The notes under the pieces: generated by a model
What the model was told of the DNA's origin: nothing
The model's input: the letters and a program-made list of their open reading frames with translations, nothing else
Database searches by the model: none
Shown here: positions 41,348 through 52,131 of the stretch, piece after piece
How positions within the stretch are numbered: the first letter of the stretch is position 1
Layout of the letters: each line of letters starts with the position of its first letter
Assembly (NCBI GenBank): GCA_944381145.1
Contig: CALWJZ010000001.1
Coordinates: 136,635-200,634, forward strand
Origin: an uncultured Clostridia bacterium
GTDB lineage: Bacteria; Bacillota; Clostridia; Christensenellales; UBA1242
Direction of reading: 5' to 3'
Length of the DNA: 64,000 bases
Made by a program: the position numbers and the translations under genes

Positions 41348-41650
41348 TTACTTAATTAGTTCTAAAATACGATTTTCACTAACAAGCCCAACAGAAGTTG
41401 CGATTTCATTTCCATTTTTGTATATTTTTACAGTAGGAACAGACATTATTCCAAATTCTCTAACTAATTCTTCATTTTCATCAATATCAATAGTAGCTAA
41501 TTTTATATTTTGTTCTTTTGAAACTTTTTCTAGTATTGGCTTTAACATTTTGCATGGCATACACCATGTACCAAAAAAGTCAACAATAACAGTTCCTTTA
41601 TAATTCAAAACTTCTTCTTCAAAATTTTCTTTGTTTATTTCAATTTCCAT
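41348..41650 (-). CDS. trxA: Thioredoxin
   Basis: VDFFGTWCMPCK, IMSVPT. Confidence 0.9.
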   Translation of the reverse strand: MEIEINKENFEEEVLNYKGTVIVDFFGTWCMPCKMLKPILEKVSKEQNIKLATIDIDENEELVREFGIMSVPTVKIYKNGNEIATSVGLVSENRILELIK

Positions 41651-42326
41651 AATTTTCTCCTTTATTAATAATTTTTTCTACTACAAATGCCGAAAGCATA
41701 CAACCAACCATGGCAGGAAAGTATGCAATACTTCCAATTATATTATTGCTAGATTTTGATTTATTTTTAGCATAGACAACATCATGATTTTTAATACTTT
41801 TTTTTCTCAAATTATGTCTCAAAACTTTTGCTAAACCATCATTATAAGTATTATATATATCATCAATAACAATTTCAGGTATTCCAGTTCTGTTACCAGC
41901 ACCCATAGCAGATATTATAGGAATATTATTTTTATGAGAATATTCAATCAGAGCAATTTTGCTTGAAACTGTATCAATAGCATCAATAATGTAATCAAAA
42001 TTTGATAACCCAAAATCTTCAATATTTTCTTTTGTTAATTTTTTATTAATTGCAGAAACCAAACAATCTTTGTTTATATCTTCTGCTCTTTTTTTCATAA
42101 CATCAACTTTATTTAAATTTAATGTAGAATCCAACGCAATTATTTGACGATTTTTATTTGATTTATCAATTACATCAAAGTCAACTATTGTCAATCTACC
42201 TACACCACTTCTAACTAACATTTCAACGACATAGCCACCAACGCCACCGATGCCAAAAATAATAACATTTGATTCTTTTAATTTCTTTAACTTATCACCA
42301 ATAAGCAGTTCTAATCTACTAAACAT
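41640..42326 (-). CDS. tcdA: tRNA threonylcarbamoyladenosine dehydratase (ThiF family)
   Basis: FSRLELLIG, GIGGVGG, DFDVIDKSNKNRQ, DAIDT, SAMGAG. Confidence 0.88.
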   Translation of the reverse strand: MFSRLELLIGDKLKKLKESNVIIFGIGGVGGYVVEMLVRSGVGRLTIVDFDVIDKSNKNRQIIALDSTLNLNKVDVMKKRAEDINKDCLVSAINKKLTKENIEDFGLSNFDYIIDAIDTVSSKIALIEYSHKNNIPIISAMGAGNRTGIPEIVIDDIYNTYNDGLAKVLRHNLRKKSIKNHDVVYAKNKSKSSNNIIGSIAYFPAMVGCMLSAFVVEKIINKGENYGN

Positions 42327-43572
42327 TTTGTTTTAAATACTCCACAACATCATTAGACCAAATTTTTATTTGTTCACTACTTCTCATGTTTTTTATAGAA
42401 ATTTTATTTTCATTTATTTCGTCATCACCAATCACAATTACAAATTTTGCATTTATTTTATCTGCATATTTAAATTGTGATTTTATACTTCTGCTCATTA
42501 AATCGCTATCAACTCTAAAACCTTTATCTCTTAGTGATTTGACAAATTTTATGACATAATTTTCATTTTCAGTATTACTAGCAACATAAACATCAACTGG
42601 CTCTTTTTCCTTAAGATGAATATTTTTGTTTTCTAAATAAGTTAGCAATCTTTCTATACCAATACCAAAACCTATTACTGGAGTATCTTTTCCACCAATA
42701 CTACCAACCAACTTATCGTATCTTCCACCACCACCAAGTGCATTTTTGCCTAAATTTTCATCAAAATCCCAAAATTCAAAAACCAAATCAGTATAATAAT
42801 CTAAACCTCTTACAAGTTTAGGGTCAATTTGATATTTGATCCCAATTGAAGTTAACATTCTTGTAATGTCATTAAACTTAGATTTGCATTTTTCACATAA
42901 GCATTCTGATATCAGAGGTGCTTTAGCCAAAAAATTTTGACATGTAGTACTTTTGCAATCAAGCAATCTAAGAGGGTTAGTTTCATATCTTTTATGACAG
43001 TCCTCACACATATTATCTAAATTTGGCAAAACAAATTCTCTAAGTATTTTTTTGTAATTTTGTTTACATTCATCACAACCCAAAAAGTTAATTAAAACTG
43101 TTGGTTCAATATTAAATGATTTATAAAAATCATAAGCAATCAATATGGCTTCGATATCACTAGCCAAAGAATTAGCACCAAAAATTTCAACGCCAAATTG
43201 ATGATGTTCTCTAAGCCTACCTGCTTGTGGTTTTTCATACCTATAGCAAGGCGTTATATAAAATAATTTTACAGGAAGAATTTCATTCCCCAAACCATTT
43301 TCAATGTAAGATCTAACAACTCCTGCTGTACCTTCAGGTTTTAAGGTTATACTTCTATTACCTTTATCCAAAAAGGTATACATTTCTTTGTTTACTATGT
43401 CACTACTATCCCCATCAGATCTAACAAAAAGTTCAGTACTTTCAAATACTGGAGTTGATATTTCTTTTAAATTATATTTATCTGCAATATTATTAGCGAC
43501 ATTTCTTATAATTTGCCACTTATAACTATCTTTTGGCAATATATCTTTTGTACCTTTTGGAATATTAATCAT
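42319..43572 (-). CDS. hisS: Histidine--tRNA ligase
   Basis: PKGTKD, LKPEGTAG, YRYEKPQAGRLREHHQFG, LVRGLDYYT, GGGRYD. Confidence 0.97.
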   Translation of the reverse strand: MINIPKGTKDILPKDSYKWQIIRNVANNIADKYNLKEISTPVFESTELFVRSDGDSSDIVNKEMYTFLDKGNRSITLKPEGTAGVVRSYIENGLGNEILPVKLFYITPCYRYEKPQAGRLREHHQFGVEIFGANSLASDIEAILIAYDFYKSFNIEPTVLINFLGCDECKQNYKKILREFVLPNLDNMCEDCHKRYETNPLRLLDCKSTTCQNFLAKAPLISECLCEKCKSKFNDITRMLTSIGIKYQIDPKLVRGLDYYTDLVFEFWDFDENLGKNALGGGGRYDKLVGSIGGKDTPVIGFGIGIERLLTYLENKNIHLKEKEPVDVYVASNTENENYVIKFVKSLRDKGFRVDSDLMSRSIKSQFKYADKINAKFVIVIGDDEINENKISIKNMRSSEQIKIWSNDVVEYLKQNV

Positions 43573-45641
43573 TTTTTCTCCTTATATTCAATAATGTTGC
43601 TTAAATCATCTTCATACGTAATAATTAATTCATGTAATGCTCTTGTAGAAGCAATATATAGCAAATTCCTATCAATTTCAGTTACATAATTCTTAGACAC
43701 ATTATATAAAATAACTGCATCAAATTCAAGTCCTTTACTATTATAAATTGATATTATACATGTTTTATTATCGTAAAAATCAACATTATCATCAATTAAA
43801 TTTAAATTCAAATTTTTGAGTTGACATGCCAAATCTTTAGCTTCATTATTTGTTTTTGTAATTATCGCTATAGATTGATAACCCTTATTTTGTAAATTAT
43901 GTATTATATCACTTAATTCTTTTGACTTTTTTTCACTTGAAATTTTTATAATTTGTATTTCATTACCATGTCTATCTACTGCATTAACATCAGATTTTTG
44001 ACCTATTTTATTATAAAAATTTACAATTTCTTGGGTAGATCTATAAGTTTTATTCAATTCCAAAACAATGTTATCACCATTCAAAATATCCTTAAATGAA
44101 GCAATTATGTTTTTTGAAAGATGTGGATTAATAGTTTGATTATAGTCACCAAGTAATGTTTTTGGACAATCATATAAATAATTCAAAATGTACATTTGCA
44201 CTGCACTATAATCTTGCATTTCATCTATTACTAAATAAGAAATATCATCAAATTTATTTAGACCATATATAAACATTTTGAAAAATAATATTGCATAAGC
44301 ATCTTCATTTTTTACTTTGTTTCCAACTAAACTTAACTTTAAGCCTTTAAAATTTAAAAAATTCATATATGCTTTAACACAATTTTTGTTATTTACATTC
44401 GCATAAAGTTTTGTGAAAATATATTGTTTATATTTATTGATTTTGTCTACATTTTTAATTTTATAAAAATAAATATCAAAAATATTGTCCGTAATCCATT
44501 TAAATCTAGTGAACAAATCTCTGTCTTTATACTTTCCAAAAAAGAGGTCATTTATTTTACTTGCATCAATTAAAACACCATTTACCTCAAAATCATTCAT
44601 ATGAAAATTTTCAATATAATTTTTATTCGCAAATTCAATTAATTCGAGCAAAAAAGAATAACTAGTTTTGTAATTATATTCTTCTAAATTTTGACAATTA
44701 ATTAATCTTTCGATTTGTTCATATTTTTTTTCTAAAATTAAATTTTTTTTAAGATAAAATCTAGCAATATCATCTAATTGTATCTTCTGAATATCATCTT
44801 CAGCCAAGTCAGGCAAAACAGAAGAAATATACGAAGAAAATGCGTTATTTGGAGAAATAAAATTTATATTTTTAGATAAAATTTTACCTTTCAATTTATA
44901 AAGAATAAATGCAATACGGTGTAATGCAATTGCAGTTTTTCCTGATCCTGTTACACCTTGCACTATCAAATTTTTGCTCTCATCTCCTCTGATAATTGCA
45001 TTTTGTTCTTTTTGTATTGATTGTACAATTGTTTTCATTTGCTGAGAAGTATTTTTTGCCAATGCTTCTTGTAATAAATTATCATCGATATTAATGCTAC
45101 TATCAATGTAATAATTCAATACACCTTTATCAATACCAAATTGCCTTTTTGCTTTTAATTCACAATTAAGTATTGATGAATTAGTTTTGATTTGACATTT
45201 GCCAATTTCATTATCATAGAAAATATTTGCAATAGGTGAACGCCAATCAATTACTTTAAATGTTTTGTTATCATTATTTATTAATGAATGAATTCCAATA
45301 TAATACTTTTCGATTTGATCGTCGCCTGATTCAACAATATCAATACTAGCAAAGTATGGTTTATTTTTCATTTTGATATAAGCATTTTTATCTTTTTCCA
45401 AATTTGCTGAATAATTTTGAATATCATCAAGTCTTGACTGCAAACTCACAATTTCTACAAAGTCATCATCATTAAATTTATTTGCATTATTTTTTAGATA
45501 ATCAAAATATTCCTCTTTTGAATCATTAAAAGTATTCTCCACAAGTGAAGAATTTTTTTCAATTTTATTGAGTTTATCATCAAGTAAAGCAAGTGTTTCT
45601 TTTAAATATATGCTTTCTTTTTCAAAAATATATTTATCCAT
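43569..45641 (-). CDS. helD: HelD-like RNA polymerase recycling ATPase (UvrD superfamily)
   Basis: KPYFASID, YYIG, IDWRSPIA, IVQSIQKEQNAII, QGVTGSGKTAIALHRIAF, IDEMQD, KGLEFDAV, YIASTRALH. Confidence 0.85.
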   Translation of the reverse strand: MDKYIFEKESIYLKETLALLDDKLNKIEKNSSLVENTFNDSKEEYFDYLKNNANKFNDDDFVEIVSLQSRLDDIQNYSANLEKDKNAYIKMKNKPYFASIDIVESGDDQIEKYYIGIHSLINNDNKTFKVIDWRSPIANIFYDNEIGKCQIKTNSSILNCELKAKRQFGIDKGVLNYYIDSSINIDDNLLQEALAKNTSQQMKTIVQSIQKEQNAIIRGDESKNLIVQGVTGSGKTAIALHRIAFILYKLKGKILSKNINFISPNNAFSSYISSVLPDLAEDDIQKIQLDDIARFYLKKNLILEKKYEQIERLINCQNLEEYNYKTSYSFLLELIEFANKNYIENFHMNDFEVNGVLIDASKINDLFFGKYKDRDLFTRFKWITDNIFDIYFYKIKNVDKINKYKQYIFTKLYANVNNKNCVKAYMNFLNFKGLKLSLVGNKVKNEDAYAILFFKMFIYGLNKFDDISYLVIDEMQDYSAVQMYILNYLYDCPKTLLGDYNQTINPHLSKNIIASFKDILNGDNIVLELNKTYRSTQEIVNFYNKIGQKSDVNAVDRHGNEIQIIKISSEKKSKELSDIIHNLQNKGYQSIAIITKTNNEAKDLACQLKNLNLNLIDDNVDFYDNKTCIISIYNSKGLEFDAVILYNVSKNYVTEIDRNLLYIASTRALHELIITYEDDLSNIIEYKEKK

Positions 45642-45693
45642 TTTTTTTCGATATACTTGCGTAGTATAACATATTTTTATTCATTTTCAAATT

Positions 45694-45731
45694 AAAAAAA
45701 CAAAATTGCATAAATTATACAATTTTGTTTT
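45694..45731 (-). terminator. Intrinsic terminator after hslU
   Basis: AAAACAAAATTG...CAATTTTGTTTT stem. Confidence 0.65.
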
Positions 45732-45754
45732 CAATCAATACTTTAAGTTTATAA

Positions 45755-47068
45755 TTAAATAATGTATTTTTTCAAATCATATTTTCTCGTAGTTTCAGCA
45801 AAAGTTTTATCTACATATTCTTTATCTATTTTGATATCAATTAATTGATGTTCTCCATTTGCATTAAATGAAATATCTTCAAGCAATTTTTCCATAATAT
45901 TATGAAGACGCCTAGCTCCTAAATTTTCACTAGTTTCATTTTCTTTCTCTGCAAGAATTGCTACTTGTTTCAAAGCGTCTTCAGTAAATTCCAAATTGAT
46001 ATTATCTACTTTTAACATCTCACTATATTGTAAAGTAAGTGCATTTTTTGGTTGAGTTAAAATATTATAAAAATCATCTGCATTTAAATTGTTTAATTCT
46101 ACTCTAATTGGAAATCTACCCTGAAATTCTGGTATCAAATCTTCTATTCTGCTAATATGAAAAGCACCAGCTGCAATAAACAAAATATAATCAGTTTTAA
46201 TAGTACCATACTTTGTAGTAACTGTAGAACCTTCAACCAAAGGTAATATATCTCGTTGAACACCTTCTCTACTAACATCTGGGCCTCTATTAGCAGAACC
46301 TTTACCTGCAATCTTATCAATTTCATCAATAAAAATTATACCATCTTGCTCTGCACGTCTTATAGCTTCCGAATTAACACTATCATTATCAATTAATTTG
46401 TCACTTTCTTCTTGAAGCATTAATTCATAGGCTTTTGCAATAGTTAATTTTTTTTTCTTTTTTTGTGGTGGAAAAATACTGCCCAAAACATTCCCCAAAT
46501 CCATATCAGGCCCCATTCCTGGCATAATACCTATTGGTCTAGCCTGTTCACTTATAAACAATTCAATAACTTCATTATCAATTTTGCCAGAATCCAAATC
46601 TTCTTGAATTTGTTGCTTCAAAACTGAAATGTCTGTGTTTGGATTTTTTTCTTTTCTACTTGGCAAAATAGCATCGATTAATCTATTATCAACTATTACT
46701 TTTGCTTTGGATTTTACTTCTGCAATCTTTTCTTCTTTTACAAGTCTGACAGAATATTCCACCAAATCTCTTATCATTGATTCACAGTCCCTACCAACAT
46801 AACCTACTTCTGTAAATTTTGTTGCTTCAACTTTGATAAATGGTGCTTTAACAAGTTTTGCTAGACGTCTAGCAATTTCTGTTTTTCCTACACCTGTAGG
46901 TCCTTGCATGATAATATTTTTAGGGGTTATCTCATCACGAAGTTCCTTAGGTAATTTGCTTCTACGATAACGATTTCTAAGTGCAATAGCAACTGCTTTT
47001 TTTGCCTCCATTTGTCCTATTATATATTTGTCTAGCTCATTTACAATTTCTTTTGGTGACAAATTCAT
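45755..47068 (-). CDS. hslU: ATP-dependent protease ATPase subunit HslU (ClpY)
   Basis: PKNIIMQGPTGVGKTEIARRLA, EATKFTEVGYVGRD, FIDEIDKI, GVQRDILP, GARRL. Confidence 0.98.
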   Translation of the reverse strand: MNLSPKEIVNELDKYIIGQMEAKKAVAIALRNRYRRSKLPKELRDEITPKNIIMQGPTGVGKTEIARRLAKLVKAPFIKVEATKFTEVGYVGRDCESMIRDLVEYSVRLVKEEKIAEVKSKAKVIVDNRLIDAILPSRKEKNPNTDISVLKQQIQEDLDSGKIDNEVIELFISEQARPIGIMPGMGPDMDLGNVLGSIFPPQKKKKKLTIAKAYELMLQEESDKLIDNDSVNSEAIRRAEQDGIIFIDEIDKIAGKGSANRGPDVSREGVQRDILPLVEGSTVTTKYGTIKTDYILFIAAGAFHISRIEDLIPEFQGRFPIRVELNNLNADDFYNILTQPKNALTLQYSEMLKVDNINLEFTEDALKQVAILAEKENETSENLGARRLHNIMEKLLEDISFNANGEHQLIDIKIDKEYVDKTFAETTRKYDLKKYII

Positions 47069-47070
47069 AT

Positions 47071-47604
47071 CTAAACCTCCTCAATAGTCAAGTGGTCGTT
47101 AGTATAAACACACATATCACTTGCAATTTTCATACTTTTTTTTGCGATTTCAAGAGCATCTAAGTCAGTGTTTTCCATCAAAGCTCTTGCACTTGCCATA
47201 GCATATAAACTTCCACTACCAATAGAGCATACATTACTTTCAGGCTCAATTACTTCTCCACCACCTGAAATAATCAACATCATATCTTTATCTGCAACTA
47301 TCATCTGAGCATCTAATTTTCGTGGGTATTTATCATCTCTAAACCCTAATGCAACTTCAACAGCACTTCTAAGCAAGTTTCCACTAAATTTTTGTAATAA
47401 TTCCTCAAATCTTGCCTCAAGTGCAAAAGCATCAGCTACAGATCCAGCGAATCCAATAACTACTTTATCATGAAAAATTCTTCTGACTTTTTTAGAATTA
47501 TTTTTCATAATAACATGTTCACCTAGAGTAGCTTGTCCATCTCCAGCAATTACAGTTTTACCATCTTTTTTGACACCTATAATAGTTGTACCCCTTAATT
47601 CCAT
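47071..47604 (-). CDS. hslV: ATP-dependent protease subunit HslV (ClpQ)
   Basis: GTTII, AGDGQATLG, GFAGSVADA, IGSGS, CVYTN. Confidence 0.97.
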   Translation of the reverse strand: MELRGTTIIGVKKDGKTVIAGDGQATLGEHVIMKNNSKKVRRIFHDKVVIGFAGSVADAFALEARFEELLQKFSGNLLRSAVEVALGFRDDKYPRKLDAQMIVADKDMMLIISGGGEVIEPESNVCSIGSGSLYAMASARALMENTDLDALEIAKKSMKIASDMCVYTNDHLTIEEV

Positions 47605-48905
47605 TTAATTTTCTCCTTAATTTCTTTTATTTTTGCAATAGATATCTCTGCCAATTTTTGATTTTTTTGTTTTTTATCTTTAACTTTGAATTCATTATAA
47701 TTAATTAATCCCAAATTAGCACTCATAGGTTCAAAATCTCCTACTTTGTTTGCTATATATTTGGATAATGCACCTATTAAAGTATGTTTATCAAAGTCAA
47801 TCAATTCTAAATTATTTAAATACAAAAACATATTAATTCCAGCCACTAAACCACTAGATATACTTTCAACATAACCTTCTACACCTGTAATTTGTCCAGC
47901 AAAAAATATATTTGGTTGATTTTTCATTTGATAATGCTCATTTAAAACACATGGAGAATTAATATATGTGTTTTTGTGCATAGTTCCCAATCTTTCAAAT
48001 TCAGCATTTTCTAGTCCAGGAATTAACCTAAAAATTCTTTTTTGTTCAGAATATGTCAAATTTGTTTGAAAACCCACCATATTGTAATAATCATTGTCAA
48101 ACGATTCTCTTCTTAATTGTACGACAGCGTATGGTGTTTTACCTGTTTTTGGATCTTCCAAACCAACAGGTTTCAAAGGTCCAAATCTTATGGCATCTTC
48201 ACCTCGTTTTGCAAGAACCTCAATAGGCATGCAACCTTCATATACCTTATTCTTTTCAAAATCTTTTAGTTCTACAGTTTCTGCTGAAATAAGTTCATTA
48301 TAAAATTTTAAATATTGTTCTTTGTCAAATGGACAGTTAATATAATCTTTTGTCCCTTTGTCATATCGATCTTTAAAGTATGCGATATCAAAATTAATAG
48401 TTTCAAAACTAACAATTGGTGCAATTGCATCAAAAAAATATAATTTATCTTGACCAATCATATCTATTATATTAGTACTTAAATCGTCTGACGTCAATGG
48501 GCCAGTGGCAATAACTGTAGGAAAACTGGTATCAATTTTTTTTATTTCTTCACGTATTATAGAAATATTTTTCATATTAGATAAATATTCAGTTATTTTT
48601 TTACTAAATAATTCTCTATCTACAGCCAGACTTGCACCTGCTGGTATTTTACATTCATCAGCTACTTTTATAAGTAAACTATCAAGTTCTCTTAATTCTT
48701 GTTTCAAAAGCCCACCAGCAGTCAAAATATCATTACTTTTTAATGAATTAGAACATACTAATTCAGCAAGATTTATGTTATGATGTGCCGATGTAAATTT
48801 TGGTTTCATTTCATATAAATTGACGGTAATATTTCGTTTTGCTAATTGATAAGCACATTCACAACCAGCAAGTCCGCCACCTATAATATTAACTACTTTA
48901 TTCAT
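47595..48905 (-). CDS. trmFO: tRNA (uracil-5)-methyltransferase TrmFO (Gid)
   Basis: IIGGGLAGCE, AELVCSNS, LAVDRE, ATGPLT, FGPLKPVGL, GQITGVEGYVES. Confidence 0.96.
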   Translation of the reverse strand: MNKVVNIIGGGLAGCECAYQLAKRNITVNLYEMKPKFTSAHHNINLAELVCSNSLKSNDILTAGGLLKQELRELDSLLIKVADECKIPAGASLAVDRELFSKKITEYLSNMKNISIIREEIKKIDTSFPTVIATGPLTSDDLSTNIIDMIGQDKLYFFDAIAPIVSFETINFDIAYFKDRYDKGTKDYINCPFDKEQYLKFYNELISAETVELKDFEKNKVYEGCMPIEVLAKRGEDAIRFGPLKPVGLEDPKTGKTPYAVVQLRRESFDNDYYNMVGFQTNLTYSEQKRIFRLIPGLENAEFERLGTMHKNTYINSPCVLNEHYQMKNQPNIFFAGQITGVEGYVESISSGLVAGINMFLYLNNLELIDFDKHTLIGALSKYIANKVGDFEPMSANLGLINYNEFKVKDKKQKNQKLAEISIAKIKEIKEKIKWN

Positions 48906-50982
48906 TCTCACTTTCTTTTTTCTTTACATTTTCTACATAATCACAATTTTCATTACTACATTTTTTTCTCAGTTTGCCATACACTTCTTTTTGTGTTAGA
49001 TAACTTCCACATTTTGGACATATTTCTTCGATTGGTATTTCCCAAGAAATAAAATCACATTTAGGATAATTATTGCAACCATAAAAAACTTTTCCGTTTT
49101 TTGACTTTTTCTCAATTACATCACCTTTGCATTTTGGACATACTGCAACAACTTTTACAATATTTTTTATATTTTTACATTGTGGATAATTACTACAAGC
49201 AAGAAATTCTCCATATTTACTTACTCTTTTTACCATCTCATGCCCACATTTTTCACATATAATACCTGTATGCTCTGGTTCTGTTGGTTGTCCTAATAAT
49301 TTGTCAAGATAGTCATTAAATTTTTTCATTACAGACAAATAATCTAATCCGTTATTGGCGATATCGTCTAATTTTGATTCCATATCTGCTGTAAAATTAA
49401 CATTAAATAAACCTTCATAATTTTTTATTAAAAATGCAATTAGTTTTTCTCCTAGTTCAGTAGGTTTTAGATATTTTCCATCTTTTTCAACATACTTTCT
49501 ACTTGTTAATAGTGTAATGGTTGGCGTATAAGTTGCTGGCCTACCAATTCCCTTTTCTTCCATTTCTTTGACAAGTGATGCTTCGGTATACCTAGGTGAT
49601 GGTTTGGTAAATTTTTGAGTGGTAGTCATATCTACGAAGTTTAAAATATCACCTTCAATTAATTCTGGAAGTTTTGCATTTTCACTTTCGTCTTCTTCAG
49701 TATTTTCTAACTTTTCTTTCTTATTAGAATTATATAACTTCATAAATCCATCAAAAACAGGAGTTTTTCCACTACATTTAAATGTGTATTCATTATTATT
49801 TATTTCTACTACAACTGAATTAAATGTTGCTTCAGACATTTGACTTGCTAAAAATTTATTGTATATCAACTTATATAATTTATAATTTTCAGGACTTAAA
49901 TAAGGTTTTACACTTTCAGGAGTTCTTTCAAGAGAAATAGGTCTTATAGCTTCATGTGCATCTTGAGCAGAACTTTTTACTTTATAAACATTAGGTGTAC
50001 TAGGAAGATATTTTTCACCAAATTGAGATAAAATATATTCTTTTGCCATTTTCTGTGCTTCAGGTGCAATTCTTACACTATCAGTTCTAATATATGTAAT
50101 CAATGCAACTTTTCCTTCATCACCAATTTCCACACCTTCATAAAGTTGTTGTGCACACGAAGTGACTTTTTTCAATGACAAACCTAGTTTATTTAATGCA
50201 TCTTGTTGCATGGTACTTGTTGTAAATGGTGCAGATGGGTGTACTTTTGACAAAGATTTCTTAACATTTTTTACAACATAATTTCCATTTTTTAGTGCAT
50301 TTAAAACTTCATCAACCTCTTCTTTATTTGACGGAACAAATTTTTTATTTTTGAATTTAACAAGACTAGCTTTAAAGATATCACTATTTTCTTTAGTTAA
50401 ACTTGCAACTACCGACCAATATTCTTTAGGTACAAAATTTCTTATTTCATTTTCTCTATCCACAACCAATCTTAAAGCTACACTTTGAACTCTTCCAGCA
50501 CTTAAATTAGGCTGAATGTTTTTACACGCTTTTGGTGATACACGATAACCTACAAGTCTATCTATAACACGCCTTGTTTGTTGAGCATTAACTAGATTTA
50601 AATCAATAGGTCTAGGATTTTCAAGACCTTTTGCTATCGCATTTTTTGTGATTTCGTTAAATTGAATTCTTACATTATCATTAGGATTAAGACCTAAAAT
50701 ATTACATAAATGCCAACTAATTGCTTCTCCCTCTCTATCAGGGTCAGTTGCCAAATAAATTTTATCTGCTTTAGCACTTTTTTCTTTTAACATCTTAACG
50801 ATATCTTGTTTATCTGGCATTATAGTATACTGCATTTCAAAATTATTTTTAGGATTAACACCCAATGATTTTTGTGGTAAATCTCGTACGTGACCTTTTG
50901 TAGCCACAACTTCATAATCACTACCTAAATATTTTTTAATGGTATCTTTCTTACCGATACCTTCAATTATAACTAGTTTCAT
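48898..50982 (-). CDS. topA: DNA topoisomerase I
   Basis: GHVRDLP, LATDPDREGEAI, SAGRVQS, ITYIRTDS, GIGRPATY; C-terminal zinc ribbons. Confidence 0.98.
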   Translation of the reverse strand: MKLVIIEGIGKKDTIKKYLGSDYEVVATKGHVRDLPQKSLGVNPKNNFEMQYTIMPDKQDIVKMLKEKSAKADKIYLATDPDREGEAISWHLCNILGLNPNDNVRIQFNEITKNAIAKGLENPRPIDLNLVNAQQTRRVIDRLVGYRVSPKACKNIQPNLSAGRVQSVALRLVVDRENEIRNFVPKEYWSVVASLTKENSDIFKASLVKFKNKKFVPSNKEEVDEVLNALKNGNYVVKNVKKSLSKVHPSAPFTTSTMQQDALNKLGLSLKKVTSCAQQLYEGVEIGDEGKVALITYIRTDSVRIAPEAQKMAKEYILSQFGEKYLPSTPNVYKVKSSAQDAHEAIRPISLERTPESVKPYLSPENYKLYKLIYNKFLASQMSEATFNSVVVEINNNEYTFKCSGKTPVFDGFMKLYNSNKKEKLENTEEDESENAKLPELIEGDILNFVDMTTTQKFTKPSPRYTEASLVKEMEEKGIGRPATYTPTITLLTSRKYVEKDGKYLKPTELGEKLIAFLIKNYEGLFNVNFTADMESKLDDIANNGLDYLSVMKKFNDYLDKLLGQPTEPEHTGIICEKCGHEMVKRVSKYGEFLACSNYPQCKNIKNIVKVVAVCPKCKGDVIEKKSKNGKVFYGCNNYPKCDFISWEIPIEEICPKCGSYLTQKEVYGKLRKKCSNENCDYVENVKKKESENE

Positions 50983-51020
50983 AATTCTCCCTTATCAATA
51001 TACAACACATAATTGAACAA

Positions 51021-52130
51021 TCAATTATCTAGTTTTAAATCTTTTAGCATATAGTAATTACCAGGAATTTTTTCTACTATTCCTTTTAGTTCCATACGCA
51101 TAAGTAATGTTGCTAAATTTTTTGTTTCTAATTTAGTAATTTTAAGCAAATCATCAAAATGTAATTCTTGACCAACAAGGTTATCATATATTATTTGTTC
51201 ATCAATTGTCAATTCTAAAACTTTATTTTTGGAGAATTTATCAATAAATTTATCATAAAATTCTAAAATATCACTAGAACTCAACACCATTCGAGCCTGA
51301 CCGTTTTGAATGATTTTATTACAACCAATTGAATATATGTCATTAATTCTTGCAGGCAAAGAAAAAACCTCTCTATTATATTCCAAAGCATAATTTTTTG
51401 TATGCATACTACCACTTTTTTCGTTTGCTTCGACAACAAAAATAGCCTTACTTAGACCTGCTATAATTCTATTACGTATTGGGAAATGAAAATTAAGCGC
51501 AGGTTCATTAGGTTTATATTCAGAAACTAATAAACCACCTTTTTCAACTATTTGATTTGCTAAATTTATGTTGCTTGTAGGAAAAATACTAAGCAAGCCA
51601 CTACCTAAAACTGCAATAGTTTTGCCATTCACTTCCAAACATGATTTGTGTGCAACAGTATCTATACCCTCAGCAAGACCACTAACTATAGTTATATTTG
51701 AGCTACTAACATCTTTAACGATTTGAGCTCCTACTGATGAACCATATTTTGTACATCTTCTTGAGCCAACCACAGCTAAACATTCAGATTTTAATAAGCT
51801 TATATCACCCTTGCAATACAAAAGAATAGGAGGACTACTTATTTCTTGCAGTAGTTCAGGATAGGTATTGCTTCTAATAGTAACAATCTCGATTTTTAAT
51901 TGTTCATAATTGTTTATCAATCTATCAACATACAAAAAATTATTATTATTTTTCAATTCATTATATTCTGATTCGTCAAAAATTTTTAGCAATTCACTTT
52001 TATGATTAGATAAATTACAAAATACTTCTTCTAGATTTTCATAATTATCAATTAACGATTTTGCTTTTTTGTAACTCATAAAGTCAAATGTTGTAAGCCA
52101 TATTATATACTTTTCTTCTTTGTTATACAT
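51021..52130 (-). CDS. dprA: DNA-processing protein DprA
   Basis: YPELL, AVVGSR, VSGLAEGID, FPIRNRIIAGLS, SGSMHT, GCNKII. Confidence 0.95.
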   Translation of the reverse strand: MYNKEEKYIIWLTTFDFMSYKKAKSLIDNYENLEEVFCNLSNHKSELLKIFDESEYNELKNNNNFLYVDRLINNYEQLKIEIVTIRSNTYPELLQEISSPPILLYCKGDISLLKSECLAVVGSRRCTKYGSSVGAQIVKDVSSSNITIVSGLAEGIDTVAHKSCLEVNGKTIAVLGSGLLSIFPTSNINLANQIVEKGGLLVSEYKPNEPALNFHFPIRNRIIAGLSKAIFVVEANEKSGSMHTKNYALEYNREVFSLPARINDIYSIGCNKIIQNGQARMVLSSSDILEFYDKFIDKFSKNKVLELTIDEQIIYDNLVGQELHFDDLLKITKLETKNLATLLMRMELKGIVEKIPGNYYMLKDLKLDN

Positions 52131-52131
52131 T

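Noticed and set aside
41348-41650. WCMPC thioredoxin active site as novel
   Set aside because: CxxC is intact and such variants are common in anaerobic Firmicutes
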